From positions 1 to 15,693 of the forward strand of contig JBBIMI010000021.1 of the NCBI GenBank assembly GCA_037444485.1: a stretch of DNA of 15,693 nucleotides. The letters run 5' to 3'. Of this stretch, positions 1 through 8,184 are shown in pieces. Positions within the stretch are counted from its first letter, which is position 1. Every line of letters begins with the position of its first letter. The notes below the pieces were generated by a model. It was not told the DNA's origin. It saw nothing but the letters and a program-made list of their open reading frames with translations, and did not search any database. Both the position numbers and the translations under genes were made by a program. The stretch is from Candidatus Micrarchaeota archaeon. GTDB lineage: Archaea; Micrarchaeota; Micrarchaeia; Norongarragalinales; Norongarragalinaceae.

Positions 1-128
1 GACGCACGTCAGCCATTTTTTTTTTAATCGTTAAAGGAAAGTGCAAACAAGTTTTTTAAGTTTTGTGTGAATATATTTTGTGTGAGTATAGTTTGTGGTT
101 TAGGTTGGAGTTGCAAGGTTGATTCTGA

Positions 129-653
129 ATGCGTGTTTTGCTAGTGGTTTTCGGGAAAGGGTTAGTCGGCGATGCGGCGGAGGCTGTTGCTGAGGGAGTG
201 CAGGCAGCAGGCGAAAAACCGGTTTACGTGAATGGCGCTTCAAGCGTTTTGCTGGTGAAGCCGAGCGAGTTCGACTTAGTGTTTCTAGGTTTTGAAGCAA
301 AGGGTTTCTTGAAGCAAGCTGCAGACAAAAACGTGTTTGAAGCTGTTCACGAAAGCGATTGGAGGGGCGTTAAGACAGGCGTTTTCAGCGTTTGCTCGAC
401 GGACGCTGGACGGCTCGCTGCAGGCGGAGTCGCGGACGCGCTTTCTGCTCGGGGCGCGCGCGTTTTGAATGTTTTGAGTTTGAAGGCAGAGAAAAGTTTT
501 TTTTCGAAAAGCTGGTTGAGCGAGACTACTTTGGCTCGCGCGCGCGGCTTCGGCGAGCGCACTACGAACAACGCGAAGCAGGTTGCGGTGCGGAAGGAAA
601 GCGAAAAACAGAGAATCCGCGGGTACGAACAAAAACACAAACAAAAAAAGTAA
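129..653 (+). CDS. Flavodoxin-like fold protein (degenerate FMN-binding loop)
   Basis: 174-aa ATG ORF. The pattern MRVLLVV...AEAVAEGV...FDLVFLG...GVKTGVFS...ALSARGARV matches the short-chain flavodoxin alpha/beta order. The canonical S/T-x-T-G-N-T phosphate loop is replaced by FGKGLVG. Confidence 0.65.
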   Translation: MRVLLVVFGKGLVGDAAEAVAEGVQAAGEKPVYVNGASSVLLVKPSEFDLVFLGFEAKGFLKQAADKNVFEAVHESDWRGVKTGVFSVCSTDAGRLAAGGVADALSARGARVLNVLSLKAEKSFFSKSWLSETTLARARGFGERTTNNAKQVAVRKESEKQRIRGYEQKHKQKK

Positions 654-800
654 AAGGTACGAAAAAAAGTAAACGAGCAACAAAACGAGCAACTAGGGTA
701 AAACGAACAAACCCCAAAAATCTTTTTTTATTTTTTTTTATCTTTTTATTTTTCTTTTATCTTTTATTTTTTCTTTCTTTTCTTGTTATTTTTTCTTTTT
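640..800. terminator. A-rich then T-rich spacer between convergent genes; probable bidirectional oligo-U terminator region
   Basis: A-rich at about 640-720 and T-rich at about 721-800, so each transcript meets long U runs. Contains the duplicated unit aaacgagcaac. Terminator function is inferred from archaeal oligo-T termination. Confidence 0.45.
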
Positions 801-1343
801 TTTCTTTGGTTGAGGTAGTTTGATGTAGTAAACGCCGCTGTCAGAACGCACTACTAGAGGGTCTCCCCTCATGAGTGAAGGCAAGTTAAACTCGTAACTC
901 CCTTGTTCTACGACGCGTAAGTTTTCTACAGCGTCGAAATCGATTGAAACCGGTTTTTCTTTAGTCAAAAACGCGAGTTCTTCCTCTAGCCAAGCGAGTT
1001 TGGAAACGTCGACAGGCTCTTTCTCAACTAAAACCAATTCAGTTCCGCCCACGCCTAATTTTTCTCCAAACTTTTTTTCTACAAGCTCGTCTTCATTTTT
1101 TTCTTCCGCAGCAGGAGCTTCCGCCGGCACCGCCGGCAGTGCTTGCCCAGTTTTTCGAATTTCTGTTTGAGGCTCAACTATCCGCGTTCCATCCAATTCT
1201 AGCCCGCTTTCACTAAGTTCCTTGAGCGTTACTTGCTCGTCACGCAAGAAAATGAAGACGCGTGCACCACACGCACATCCCTGCATGAGCTCGCGCGAAG
1301 AATTCGCGTAAAGCTTTCCACAACGAACACACTTGTGAGGCAT
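786..1343 (-). CDS. oapC: OapC/ArvC Zn-ribbon protein (DUF2072-like)
   Basis: N-terminal MPHKCVRCG...GCACGARVFIF Zn ribbon and C-terminal ENLRVVEQGSYEFNLPSLM...GVYYIKL are typical of this family. Lies downstream of oapA and oapB. Carries an acidic/Ala-Pro-rich middle region. Confidence 0.85.
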   Translation of the reverse strand: MPHKCVRCGKLYANSSRELMQGCACGARVFIFLRDEQVTLKELSESGLELDGTRIVEPQTEIRKTGQALPAVPAEAPAAEEKNEDELVEKKFGEKLGVGGTELVLVEKEPVDVSKLAWLEEELAFLTKEKPVSIDFDAVENLRVVEQGSYEFNLPSLMRGDPLVVRSDSGVYYIKLPQPKKKKKK

Positions 1344-1439
1344 TAGAAAACTTCCTCTCTTTTCCCTTTCGAAAGATTTCCTCTTTTTCAGATTTCCTCT
1401 TTTTCCCTTGATTAAACCAACTTACGCTAGTATTTCGCG

Positions 1440-1931
1440 TTAGTATTTTGCCGCGCTTGGTTTTTTTAACTTGTGTTGGAACACGCTCCAAGCCAACGCG
1501 GCCTTGAATTCCCTTAACAACTCGTTTTTTTCCTTACTCTCCTCGAGAACTTGCACGTAGTTACCCCTCAAGTTGGCGGAACGCATCCTGTCAAACAATT
1601 CTTTTGAAGAAAGCGCTTGAATCGCGTTTTTCTCGCTTTCAGAAAACGTGTTGGAGTCCGCTAAGCCTAGAAAGCGTCTCACTACTTCCTCGTAATGAAC
1701 TTGTTTTACGCGCTCGCCGAATTCTTCAGAAAGCATGAAGTGCTGCCTGAAAGCGCGGACGACGTTAAAGCACGCTTCCCTCGCGGCCATCAGCGCATGC
1801 GTTGAATCTTTGTTTTCACTCAAGTGTTCGAAAATTTTCGTTACGTCATTGATTGCAACCGGTTTAACACCAGGAATTTTGCGTGGAGCGTACGCGCTTG
1901 AGAGCAACTCATTCAACTTTTTTCTTTCCAC
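1440..1931 (-). CDS. Hypothetical protein, predicted alpha-helical, between oapB and oapC
   Basis: 163-aa ORF with GTG start. It is co-oriented with its neighbours, fills the gap and has normal protein composition. No motif recognised. Confidence 0.7.
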   Translation of the reverse strand: MERKKLNELLSSAYAPRKIPGVKPVAINDVTKIFEHLSENKDSTHALMAAREACFNVVRAFRQHFMLSEEFGERVKQVHYEEVVRRFLGLADSNTFSESEKNAIQALSSKELFDRMRSANLRGNYVQVLEESKEKNELLREFKAALAWSVFQHKLKKPSAAKY

Positions 1932-1942
1932 GAGAAACCGCC

Positions 1943-1980
1943 TTTAGCCAAAAAAAAATTTAGTCAAAATTTAGTCAAAA
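1943..1980. repeat. 11-nt tandem repeat tttag(c/t)caaaa x3
   Basis: tttagccaaaa at 1943; tttagtcaaaa at 1959 and 1970. Confidence 0.8.
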
Positions 1981-2010
1981 AAAAAGCGTTTAAATTTTTT
2001 TGGAGCAGGT

Positions 2011-2373
2011 TCAGCCGCCAGCCCACAAGCGGAGCTTGCCTGGGTCGCGTTTTACTTGCTTCACGAGGTTTGAAGGACCCACCACCGTCAACCCGGAGGT
2101 TTTGCCGCCAAGCCATTTAATTAGTTTGGTTTTCAAGTTCTGCGCGTTCGCGTCATGCGCGTCTCCGAGCGAGCACACTTCTATTCCTGGAAAGTTTTTT
2201 GAAACGCTCGCCATAGTCGACGAAATCAATTGTTTTTCCTCGCCTGGCGTTAACGGCTCTTCCAAAACCAGAATCTTGTCCTGCTTGACAATACCCAAAA
2301 TGAATTTTATTTTTTCGTTGCTTGATTTTCCCGCGAGGGAATCAGAGGAAACGAATTCTATTTGAATGCTCAT
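2011..2373 (-). CDS. oapB: OapB/ArvB protein (DUF2073-like)
   Basis: IEFVSSDSL...EKIKFILGIVK..KILVLEEPLTPGEEKQLI..TM...FPGIEV...GLTVVGPSNLVKQVKRDP matches the family pattern. Start reassigned to the ATG at 2373 because the longer ORF overlaps oapA and begins in an A-rich spacer. Confidence 0.88.
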   Translation of the reverse strand: MSIQIEFVSSDSLAGKSSNEKIKFILGIVKQDKILVLEEPLTPGEEKQLISSTMASVSKNFPGIEVCSLGDAHDANAQNLKTKLIKWLGGKTSGLTVVGPSNLVKQVKRDPGKLRLWAGG

Positions 2374-2426
2374 TTCTTCCACTCTTTCTTTAATCTTCTT
2401 TTCTTTCCCTAATTTTTGATGATTGA

Positions 2427-3050
2427 TTACTTCGCGCAACTGGCTATAGCCGAGTACAAGCGGTTTATGTTGTCGCCTTTGAGGGCGGAAACCTCTATAA
2501 CCTTGTGTTGCGGAAAAGCGGTTTTAATGCGTTCAGGCTTCGCGTTTTTCTTGTCTATCTTGTTCGCGACCAACAGCACCGGAATTTTTCTCGCTTCAAG
2601 GTTTCCTAGAATCGTCAAGTTGACTTGAGTGAATGGGTCTTCGCAAGCGTCCATTACTACGAGAGCGACGTCAACGTGGTCAAGCCACTTTATTGCTTCA
2701 ATCACGCCTTTCGTTGCTTCCTTAGCGCGCTGCTGCGCGTCGCTTTGCTTGAGTCCGTACTTCAAAAAATCTCGGTAGTCGACTTTAGTTGCGATTCCAG
2801 GCATGTCAAGAAGATTCATGACGAGTTTCTTGCCGTCCACACGCAGTTCGATTCTTTCTTTCTTCTTGACTTCCCGTGTTTCGTGTGGGATTTCTGAAAC
2901 AGTGCTTACCGGCGTGCCAGTCCAATCCATCGAAATGCGGTTTGCTAGAGTGCTCTTGCCTACGTTAGTGGCGCCGTACAACCCTAAACTGAACTCTCGC
3001 TTGTGATTGAATAAAGAGGAAAGCCAGCGCAGGAATCTTTTGAAAGGCAT
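2427..3050 (-). CDS. oapA: OapA/ArvA Era-like small GTPase
   Basis: G1 GATNVGKS, G2 HETR, G3 DMPG, G4 NKID, G5 SAL. Family segments RAKEATKGVIEAIKWLD and DPFTQVN are present. N-terminus is amphipathic. Confidence 0.92.
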   Translation of the reverse strand: MPFKRFLRWLSSLFNHKREFSLGLYGATNVGKSTLANRISMDWTGTPVSTVSEIPHETREVKKKERIELRVDGKKLVMNLLDMPGIATKVDYRDFLKYGLKQSDAQQRAKEATKGVIEAIKWLDHVDVALVVMDACEDPFTQVNLTILGNLEARKIPVLLVANKIDKKNAKPERIKTAFPQHKVIEVSALKGDNINRLYSAIASCAK

Positions 3051-3176
3051 TTTTCTTCACTCGGGCCCCGGTTGACTAAATTTTGTTTGTTAAGCTTGGT
3101 TCGCTTGTCAAGCTTGATTTATTGAACCTAACGAACCAAACCAGGCGAAGGTTAAGAAAAGTTAAGCAAACAAAAA

Positions 3177-3230
3177 TTAATAAAAGCTTTGCTGCGCTGA
3201 AAAAAAATGCTGCACAAAGCTTTTTAATAG
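3177..3230. promoter_or_regulatory. Back-to-back BRE/TATA-like promoters for the divergent units
   Basis: The plus strand reads CAAAGC-TTTTTAAT (3215-3228) and the minus strand reads CAAAGC-TTTTATTA (3191-3178). Together they form a 10-bp inverted repeat, AAAAGCTTTG / CAAAGCTTTT. Confidence 0.55.
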
Positions 3231-3251
3231 TGAGAGCCTTAAAAAAATTCC

Positions 3252-3298
3252 ATTATTTTTTCGATTATTTTTCAATTATTTTTTCGATTATTTTTTCC
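3252..3298. repeat. 11-12-nt tandem repeat ttattttttcga x4 (degenerate)
   Basis: ttattttttcga ttatttttcaa ttattttttcga ttattttttcc, read directly from the sequence. Confidence 0.8.
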
Positions 3299-3342
3299 TT
3301 AAAATTTTTTAAAACGTTGAACGCTGACGAGGGCAACTGCAT

Positions 3343-4263
3343 TTGAGCAACAAACTACTCAACCGTTTTTTTAAACTGCTTCAAACAACTGTTTTCCTGC
3401 TGGTTCAACTCGCATTGTTCACTGCATTCACGGCCACCGCAAGCGCGGCCGGCGCTGCTGGCGCGGCTGACGCGAGTGTTCCTAGCGTGGTGTTGACGAA
3501 GCCAAGCGAAGACGCGAGTTTTACAGAAACTAGCGTCGAATTCGAATTTATTCCAAAAAGCGAGTCTACAGGCCCGCTCTCATGCGAGTTGTACGTTGAC
3601 AACGTCAAGACCGGCGAGACTAACGCGGTGAGCGGTTTTCCAGCTTTAATTACAGCTGAATTGCAGCCTGGAAGCCACTCTTGGCTAGTTTCCTGCACGG
3701 ACGAAAATCTCAGGAAGGGAGAAAGCAAAGCAAGGAAAATCAATGTCGCGATTCAAGCACAACAACAAGCGAGCATTCAAAGCATTGAAGACAAGTCGTC
3801 TGCAGCGCTTACGGGATTCAGCGTTCTGACCGGCGCTGTTGTCGCCGGACAGGCGGAGTACTTGGAGTCGTGGCGTGCCGTCGTCGGCGACATCGTTTCC
3901 TTCTCGGCGAACGCGTCCAACACCGGCGAAAGCAATTTCACGGCGACTCTAGTAGTGAAAGTGAGGGATGGGAAAGAACGGCTTGTCGCGGTAACGCGCT
4001 CGAAACCCGTTTACGTCGTCAAAAGCGCGTCCGTAAAACTGAAGGCGGACTGGATTCCGTTAAAGGAAGGCGAGTACTACGCTGAAGGCGCGATAATTGA
4101 CGAGAACGAAAAAGTTTTTCAACAATCATTCATTAAGATAGTAGTCTCGCCGAAAAGCGCCGCGGGCGAAACCGCGTTGTTCATAGCAATCCTGAGCTTG
4201 ATGGTCGTCGCCGCAGCTTCTTTCGCAACGCAAAAGAACATCAAAAACATCAAAAGCGCTTAA
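3343..4263 (+). CDS. Secreted, C-terminally anchored surface protein with two Ig-like/CARDB-like beta domains
   Basis: Basic then hydrophobic signal peptide ending in Ala-rich ATASA. First beta domain has a Cys pair (SCELYVD...HSWLVSCTD). Second domain reads GDIVSFSANASNTG...WIPLKEGEY. C-terminal TM segment is followed by a basic tail. The TTG start is uncertain. Confidence 0.7.
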   Translation: MSNKLLNRFFKLLQTTVFLLVQLALFTAFTATASAAGAAGAADASVPSVVLTKPSEDASFTETSVEFEFIPKSESTGPLSCELYVDNVKTGETNAVSGFPALITAELQPGSHSWLVSCTDENLRKGESKARKINVAIQAQQQASIQSIEDKSSAALTGFSVLTGAVVAGQAEYLESWRAVVGDIVSFSANASNTGESNFTATLVVKVRDGKERLVAVTRSKPVYVVKSASVKLKADWIPLKEGEYYAEGAIIDENEKVFQQSFIKIVVSPKSAAGETALFIAILSLMVVAAASFATQKNIKNIKSA

Positions 4264-4322
4264 GCGATTAAGCGGAGAAAAAACGCGTAAAAAAACGGGG
4301 AAACAAGGGGAAAAGGAAAAAA

Positions 4323-4631
4323 ATGGTATTAGACTTGCTGTTCGTGGGATTCATGTTGTTCCTGTTGGGACTCGCCGTATTCGCGATAGCCACGTTTTTC
4401 CTCTCGAAAAACGTGAAGCTCGAATTTGATTCGATGAACAGCCGCGTGAACGAGGCGGGCTATTACTTGAACGAGTTCCGCAAGCAGGCGAACGCGTTGA
4501 AAAACCAAGCTGCGAGAAAGTTGAATGCTGTGCAGGCGGAGAAGGAAATAGCGAGTTTCGCGAAGAAACTCGGAGTACGCGAAGAGAGGGAGAAGGAAAA
4601 ACTCAAGTTGAAGGCCGTGGCTAGAAGATAA
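4323..4631 (+). CDS. Small membrane protein: N-terminal TM helix plus basic helical/coiled-coil tail
   Basis: 102-aa ATG ORF. Residues 3-27 are hydrophobic and the remainder is charged and helical. Confidence 0.7.
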   Translation: MVLDLLFVGFMLFLLGLAVFAIATFFLSKNVKLEFDSMNSRVNEAGYYLNEFRKQANALKNQAARKLNAVQAEKEIASFAKKLGVREEREKEKLKLKAVARR

Positions 4632-4663
4632 AGAAAAAAAACGAATTGATACAAAGAGGGTTT

Positions 4664-4933
4664 ATGATGGCAGAAGAAATCACTGCGTTCGTTTTAGTCG
4701 TGATAATAGTAAGCGTTTTCGCTTGGCTCATCAAGTTGAGTTACGATTTGAAGAAAGCCCTGCGCACAGGATTCAACGACATTGATTACAAGGTGTCTAA
4801 CCTCGAAAACGCGGCTGTTGAGTTAAAGAGAGATTTGAATAAACTGGAAAAAAACATGGAAGACAAGATAGACAAAACGTATTTAGAGGAACGCTTGGAT
4901 GCGCTGCTCCGCGCCGTGCGCAGAAGAAAATAA
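4664..4933 (+). CDS. Small membrane protein: N-terminal TM helix plus heptad coiled coil
   Basis: ATG at 4664 or 4667 after gaggg. TM segment ITAFVLVVIIVSVFAWLI. Heptads FNDIDYK VSNLENA AVELKRD LNKLEKN. Confidence 0.75.
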   Translation: MMAEEITAFVLVVIIVSVFAWLIKLSYDLKKALRTGFNDIDYKVSNLENAAVELKRDLNKLEKNMEDKIDKTYLEERLDALLRAVRRRK

Positions 4934-5265
4934 AGGAGAAAATAAAATAAAAGAATAGAAAAAAGAGAAAACAAGAAAAACGAGTGAGAAAAAACCGCGC
5001 TTTCTTTTCCCTTTCTTCTCTCTTCTTTTCTCTACTTTTTTTCTTTCTCTATTTTTTTCTTTTTCTTTCTGTTTTCTTTTTTTTTCTTTCTCTATTTTTT
5101 TTCTTTTTCTCTTTCTCCTTCTCCATTTTTCTTTCTTCTTTTTTCTTTTTCTCTCTATTTTTCTCTTTCTTTTTTCTTTCTTTCTCTTTCTTCTTCTCTT
5201 TCTTTTCTTCTTTCTTTTTCCTTTTTTCTTCTTCGTATTTCTTTTCATTTACTTTTTCTTTTTCT
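4925..5265. repeat. Low-complexity purine tract then about 260-nt polypyrimidine tract between convergent genes
   Basis: About 4925-4995 is almost all A/G and about 5000-5265 is almost all T/C on the plus strand. The polarity switches near ccgcgc at about 4995-5000. Confidence 0.85.
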
Positions 5266-7945
5266 TGAACAACTTTGCGACTTCAGGCAACAGGAATCCC
5301 GTGGAGGAAACAGCGAGCACGACGAGCCAGTCGAATGCGCTTAAGGAAACGGTTTGAAACACCGCCTGCGCAGGCGCCCACTCGGTAATCAAAACCTGCG
5401 AGCCGACCCCGAACGCTATCGCCAGCCAGAGCCACTTGTTTCTGAACAAGCCTGTTTGCAAAACCAGTTTGTTCTTCGAACCGCTTACTGCGAGGGCTAA
5501 AAACTTTTGGAACAAGATTATCACTGAAAACGTCATGGTCCCTGCTTTAAGCGCTTCGGACGCGCTCGAGTTCAAGTACCACGCGAAAACGCCCAGGGTT
5601 CCGAAAGCTACGAGGAGACCGACCAAAAGCATTTCGAAGGATGATTCGCGCGAGAGTATCTTTTCCTTGGGATTGCGCGGCGGGCGCTTCATCACGTCTG
5701 GGTCGCGTGGATCCATCGCCAATGCAAGCGCAGGCGGGCTATCGGTAACGATGTTCATCCACAAGATTTGAATTGGCGCGAGCGGACTGCGCAAGCCAGC
5801 CATTACTGCGAGAAAGATTGCAGCGAGTTCTCCAATGTTGCATGAAACCAAGTAACGCACCGACTTGAGGATGTTGTCGTAAATCACGCGCCCTTCTTCG
5901 ACAGCGCGTTCGATGCTGGCGAAATTGTCGTCCGTGATTACCATATCGCTTGCTTCCTTCGTCACGTCGGTTCCAGTAATTCCCATCGCGACTCCAATGT
6001 CTGCTTTCTTGACTGCGGGCGCGTCATTCACTCCGTCGCCAGTCATAGCCACGATTTCTCCCCGCGTTTTGAGTGCGTTTACGATTCGCAGCTTGTGTTC
6101 TGGGGAAACGCGCGCGTAAACTACAACATCTTCAACGATTTCACGCAGTTGTGCGTCTGAAAAATCGTTTAACTCCGCGCCCGTAACTATGCGCGCGCCG
6201 TCCTGCTGAAGCAAACCGAGCTCGCGCGCTACAGCGCGAGCTGTGTCCGGATTGTCACCAGTAATCATTACAACGCGTACTCCAGCGTCACGGCAAGCCG
6301 CAACTGCAGTCTTCGCTTCTGGCCGCGGCGGGTCCATCATTCCCGCGAGTCCGACGAATACGAGGTTTTTCTCTATCGCCTCGCTTTCCGGAAACTCATT
6401 TTTCTCTACGAAACGGTAGGCGAACGCTAGGACGCGCAGCGCGCGCGAAGCCATTTGGCTGTTCGCTTCTAGAATCTTTTTCTTCTCGGTTTCAGAAAGC
6501 TTTTCTTCAACCCCGTTTTTTAGGATGCGCGTGCTTTTCGCGAGAATCGTTTCGCAAGCGCCTTTAACGAATGCCTTGCGTTTTCCCACGCTTTCCACGC
6601 GCGTTACAGTCATCATCTTTCTGGTTGAATCGAACGGAATCTCGGCGACGAACGCGTGTTCTTCACGCAATTTCTTGTAATTCAAGCCAGCTTTCTCTGC
6701 GAGAACTAGCAGGCAGGCTTCAGTCGGGTCTCCGACCACGCTCGCCTTCGCGCCGCTAGCGTCGAGCGCGAGGTTGCTGTTGTTGCACAAGACTCCAACG
6801 CGCAATAATTCAAACAATTCCTTGTTTTTCAACGGCGAAATTTTTTTCCCTTTTTCGTCAATGAAATCGCCGCGCAGCGCGTAACCCTCGCCGGTCACGG
6901 AAAAGAAAACTCCGTCCGCGAACAGTTTACGCACCGTCAACTCGTTTTTCGTAAGCGTTCCAGTCTTGTCGGTGCAGATTACTGTGGCAGCGCCGAGTGT
7001 TTCGACTGCAGGCAGCTTGCGGATGATCGCGTTCTTGCGCACCATTCTCTGCACTCCAACCGCGAGTGCGATTGTCACGACCGCAGGTAGTCCTTCAGGG
7101 ATGGCTGCGACCGCGAGCGAAACTGCGACTAGAAACATTTCAAGTGCTTGAAAACCCCTCGCTACGCCAACTAAAAAAACAAACACTACTATCACTAAAG
7201 CAGCTGCACTAAGTTGTTTTCCTAAAACGCTTAGTTTCTTTTGCAACGGCGTCTGTTGCTCTGGCTCGCCTGCGACTGCCTCCGCGATTTTTCCGAGTTC
7301 GCTGTTCATTCCAGTCGCAGTCACGACGGCCAACGCGCGGCCCCGCGTCACGACTGTTCCTAGAAACAACATGTTCACCTGCTCATTCACGGGCTGCTTT
7401 TCGCCCGCGACAAGCAAAGCGTTTTTCTTTGACGGCATCGACTCGCCAGTAAGCGCTGCTTCATCGACTTCAAGTGAAACCGCTTCAAGCAACCTGCAGT
7501 CTGCGGGAACCCGGTCGCCTTCCTCGATTACGAGAACGTCGCCTGGCACGAGGTCGCGCGCTTCAATGCGCCTTTCAACGCCGGCGCGCACCACGCGCGC
7601 TTTCGGTGCGGCCATTTTCTTGATGGCTTCAAGCGCTTTTTCCGCTTTGTATTCTTGCGCGAAGCCGATAACGCCGTTCAACGCGACAATCGCGAGAATC
7701 GCGTAAGCGTCAAGCCACTCACCCAAAAAACCGGAAATCACTGCCGCGATTACTAGAATGATTATCAATAAGTCGGTAAACTGGCTTAAGAACATCGTGA
7801 GAGCGCTCTCGCGTTTCTTCTCGCGCAACGCGTTTGCTCCAAAGCGAGCGAGCCGCGCTCGCGCTTCTTCCTCGCTTAACCCGCGTTCGCTCGAGCCGAG
7901 TTTTTTCAACGCTTCGCACGCCGAGAGCGCGTGAAACTTCACCAT
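5249..7945 (-). CDS. P-type IIA cation-transporting ATPase (Ca2+-ATPase, SERCA/SPCA-like)
   Basis: TGES, PEGL, DKTGTLT phosphorylation site, KGA, DPPR, TGD and GDGVNDAPA motifs. M5 SCNIGE and M6 [14 protein letters not shown] carry the Ca-ligand-type residues. Confidence 0.95.
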   Translation of the reverse strand: MVKFHALSACEALKKLGSSERGLSEEEARARLARFGANALREKKRESALTMFLSQFTDLLIIILVIAAVISGFLGEWLDAYAILAIVALNGVIGFAQEYKAEKALEAIKKMAAPKARVVRAGVERRIEARDLVPGDVLVIEEGDRVPADCRLLEAVSLEVDEAALTGESMPSKKNALLVAGEKQPVNEQVNMLFLGTVVTRGRALAVVTATGMNSELGKIAEAVAGEPEQQTPLQKKLSVLGKQLSAAALVIVVFVFLVGVARGFQALEMFLVAVSLAVAAIPEGLPAVVTIALAVGVQRMVRKNAIIRKLPAVETLGAATVICTDKTGTLTKNELTVRKLFADGVFFSVTGEGYALRGDFIDEKGKKISPLKNKELFELLRVGVLCNNSNLALDASGAKASVVGDPTEACLLVLAEKAGLNYKKLREEHAFVAEIPFDSTRKMMTVTRVESVGKRKAFVKGACETILAKSTRILKNGVEEKLSETEKKKILEANSQMASRALRVLAFAYRFVEKNEFPESEAIEKNLVFVGLAGMMDPPRPEAKTAVAACRDAGVRVVMITGDNPDTARAVARELGLLQQDGARIVTGAELNDFSDAQLREIVEDVVVYARVSPEHKLRIVNALKTRGEIVAMTGDGVNDAPAVKKADIGVAMGITGTDVTKEASDMVITDDNFASIERAVEEGRVIYDNILKSVRYLVSCNIGELAAIFLAVMAGLRSPLAPIQILWMNIVTDSPPALALAMDPRDPDVMKRPPRNPKEKILSRESSFEMLLVGLLVAFGTLGVFAWYLNSSASEALKAGTMTFSVIILFQKFLALAVSGSKNKLVLQTGLFRNKWLWLAIAFGVGSQVLITEWAPAQAVFQTVSLSAFDWLVVLAVSSTGFLLPEVAKLFKKKKK

Positions 7946-7974
7946 TTTCTTTGTTTCTCCACAATCGCGGAAAA

Positions 7975-8091
7975 CGGGCCTGGAGGGATTCGAACCCTCG
8001 ACCTCTTCCTTAGGAGGGAATCGCTCTACTCCCGGCTTGTTTTTCTGTTTTTTTGAGGGAAAAGCAAGCTTCCAGGCTGAGCTACAGGCCC
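7975..8091 (-). tRNA. tRNA-Arg(CCT) with a 42-nt D-loop intron (8029-8070; position 20/20a)
   Basis: The spliced form GGGCCTG TA GCTC AGCCTGGA|TA GAGC G ATTCC CT CCT AA GGAAG AGGTC GAGGG TTCGAAT CCCTC CAGGCCC G folds as a 75-nt cloverleaf. CCA is not encoded. Junctions lie in a BHB-like motif. Confidence 0.93.
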
Positions 8092-8184
8092 GTTTTTTAT
8101 TTGTTTTGTTTGGTTCTCTTGTTTGGTTTGAATGTTAGTTAAGCGCGTTAGACATTTAAAATTAGTTAGTAGTTTTGTTTAAAA

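Noticed and set aside
285..823. Overlapping ORFs 285-692 (-), 347-640 (-), 392-823 (+) and similar antisense ORFs within the ATPase, nucS and lig
   Set aside because: Shadow frames of well-supported genes or of low-complexity tracts, with no recognisable motifs.
3051..3342. Replication origin next to the oap genes, as in haloarchaea
   Set aside because: No ORB-like element (TTCCAGTGGAAAC with a G-string) and no cdc6/orc1 gene in the window. The inverted repeats are better explained as divergent promoters. Genome-wide skew or marker-frequency analysis would be needed to test it.
4883..5268. Lys/Arg-rich ORF 4883-5248 (-) and Phe/Ser-rich ORF 4984-5268 (+)
   Set aside because: Both are translations of the purine/pyrimidine tract, which lacks stop codons because of its composition. 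They have no protein-like complexity.
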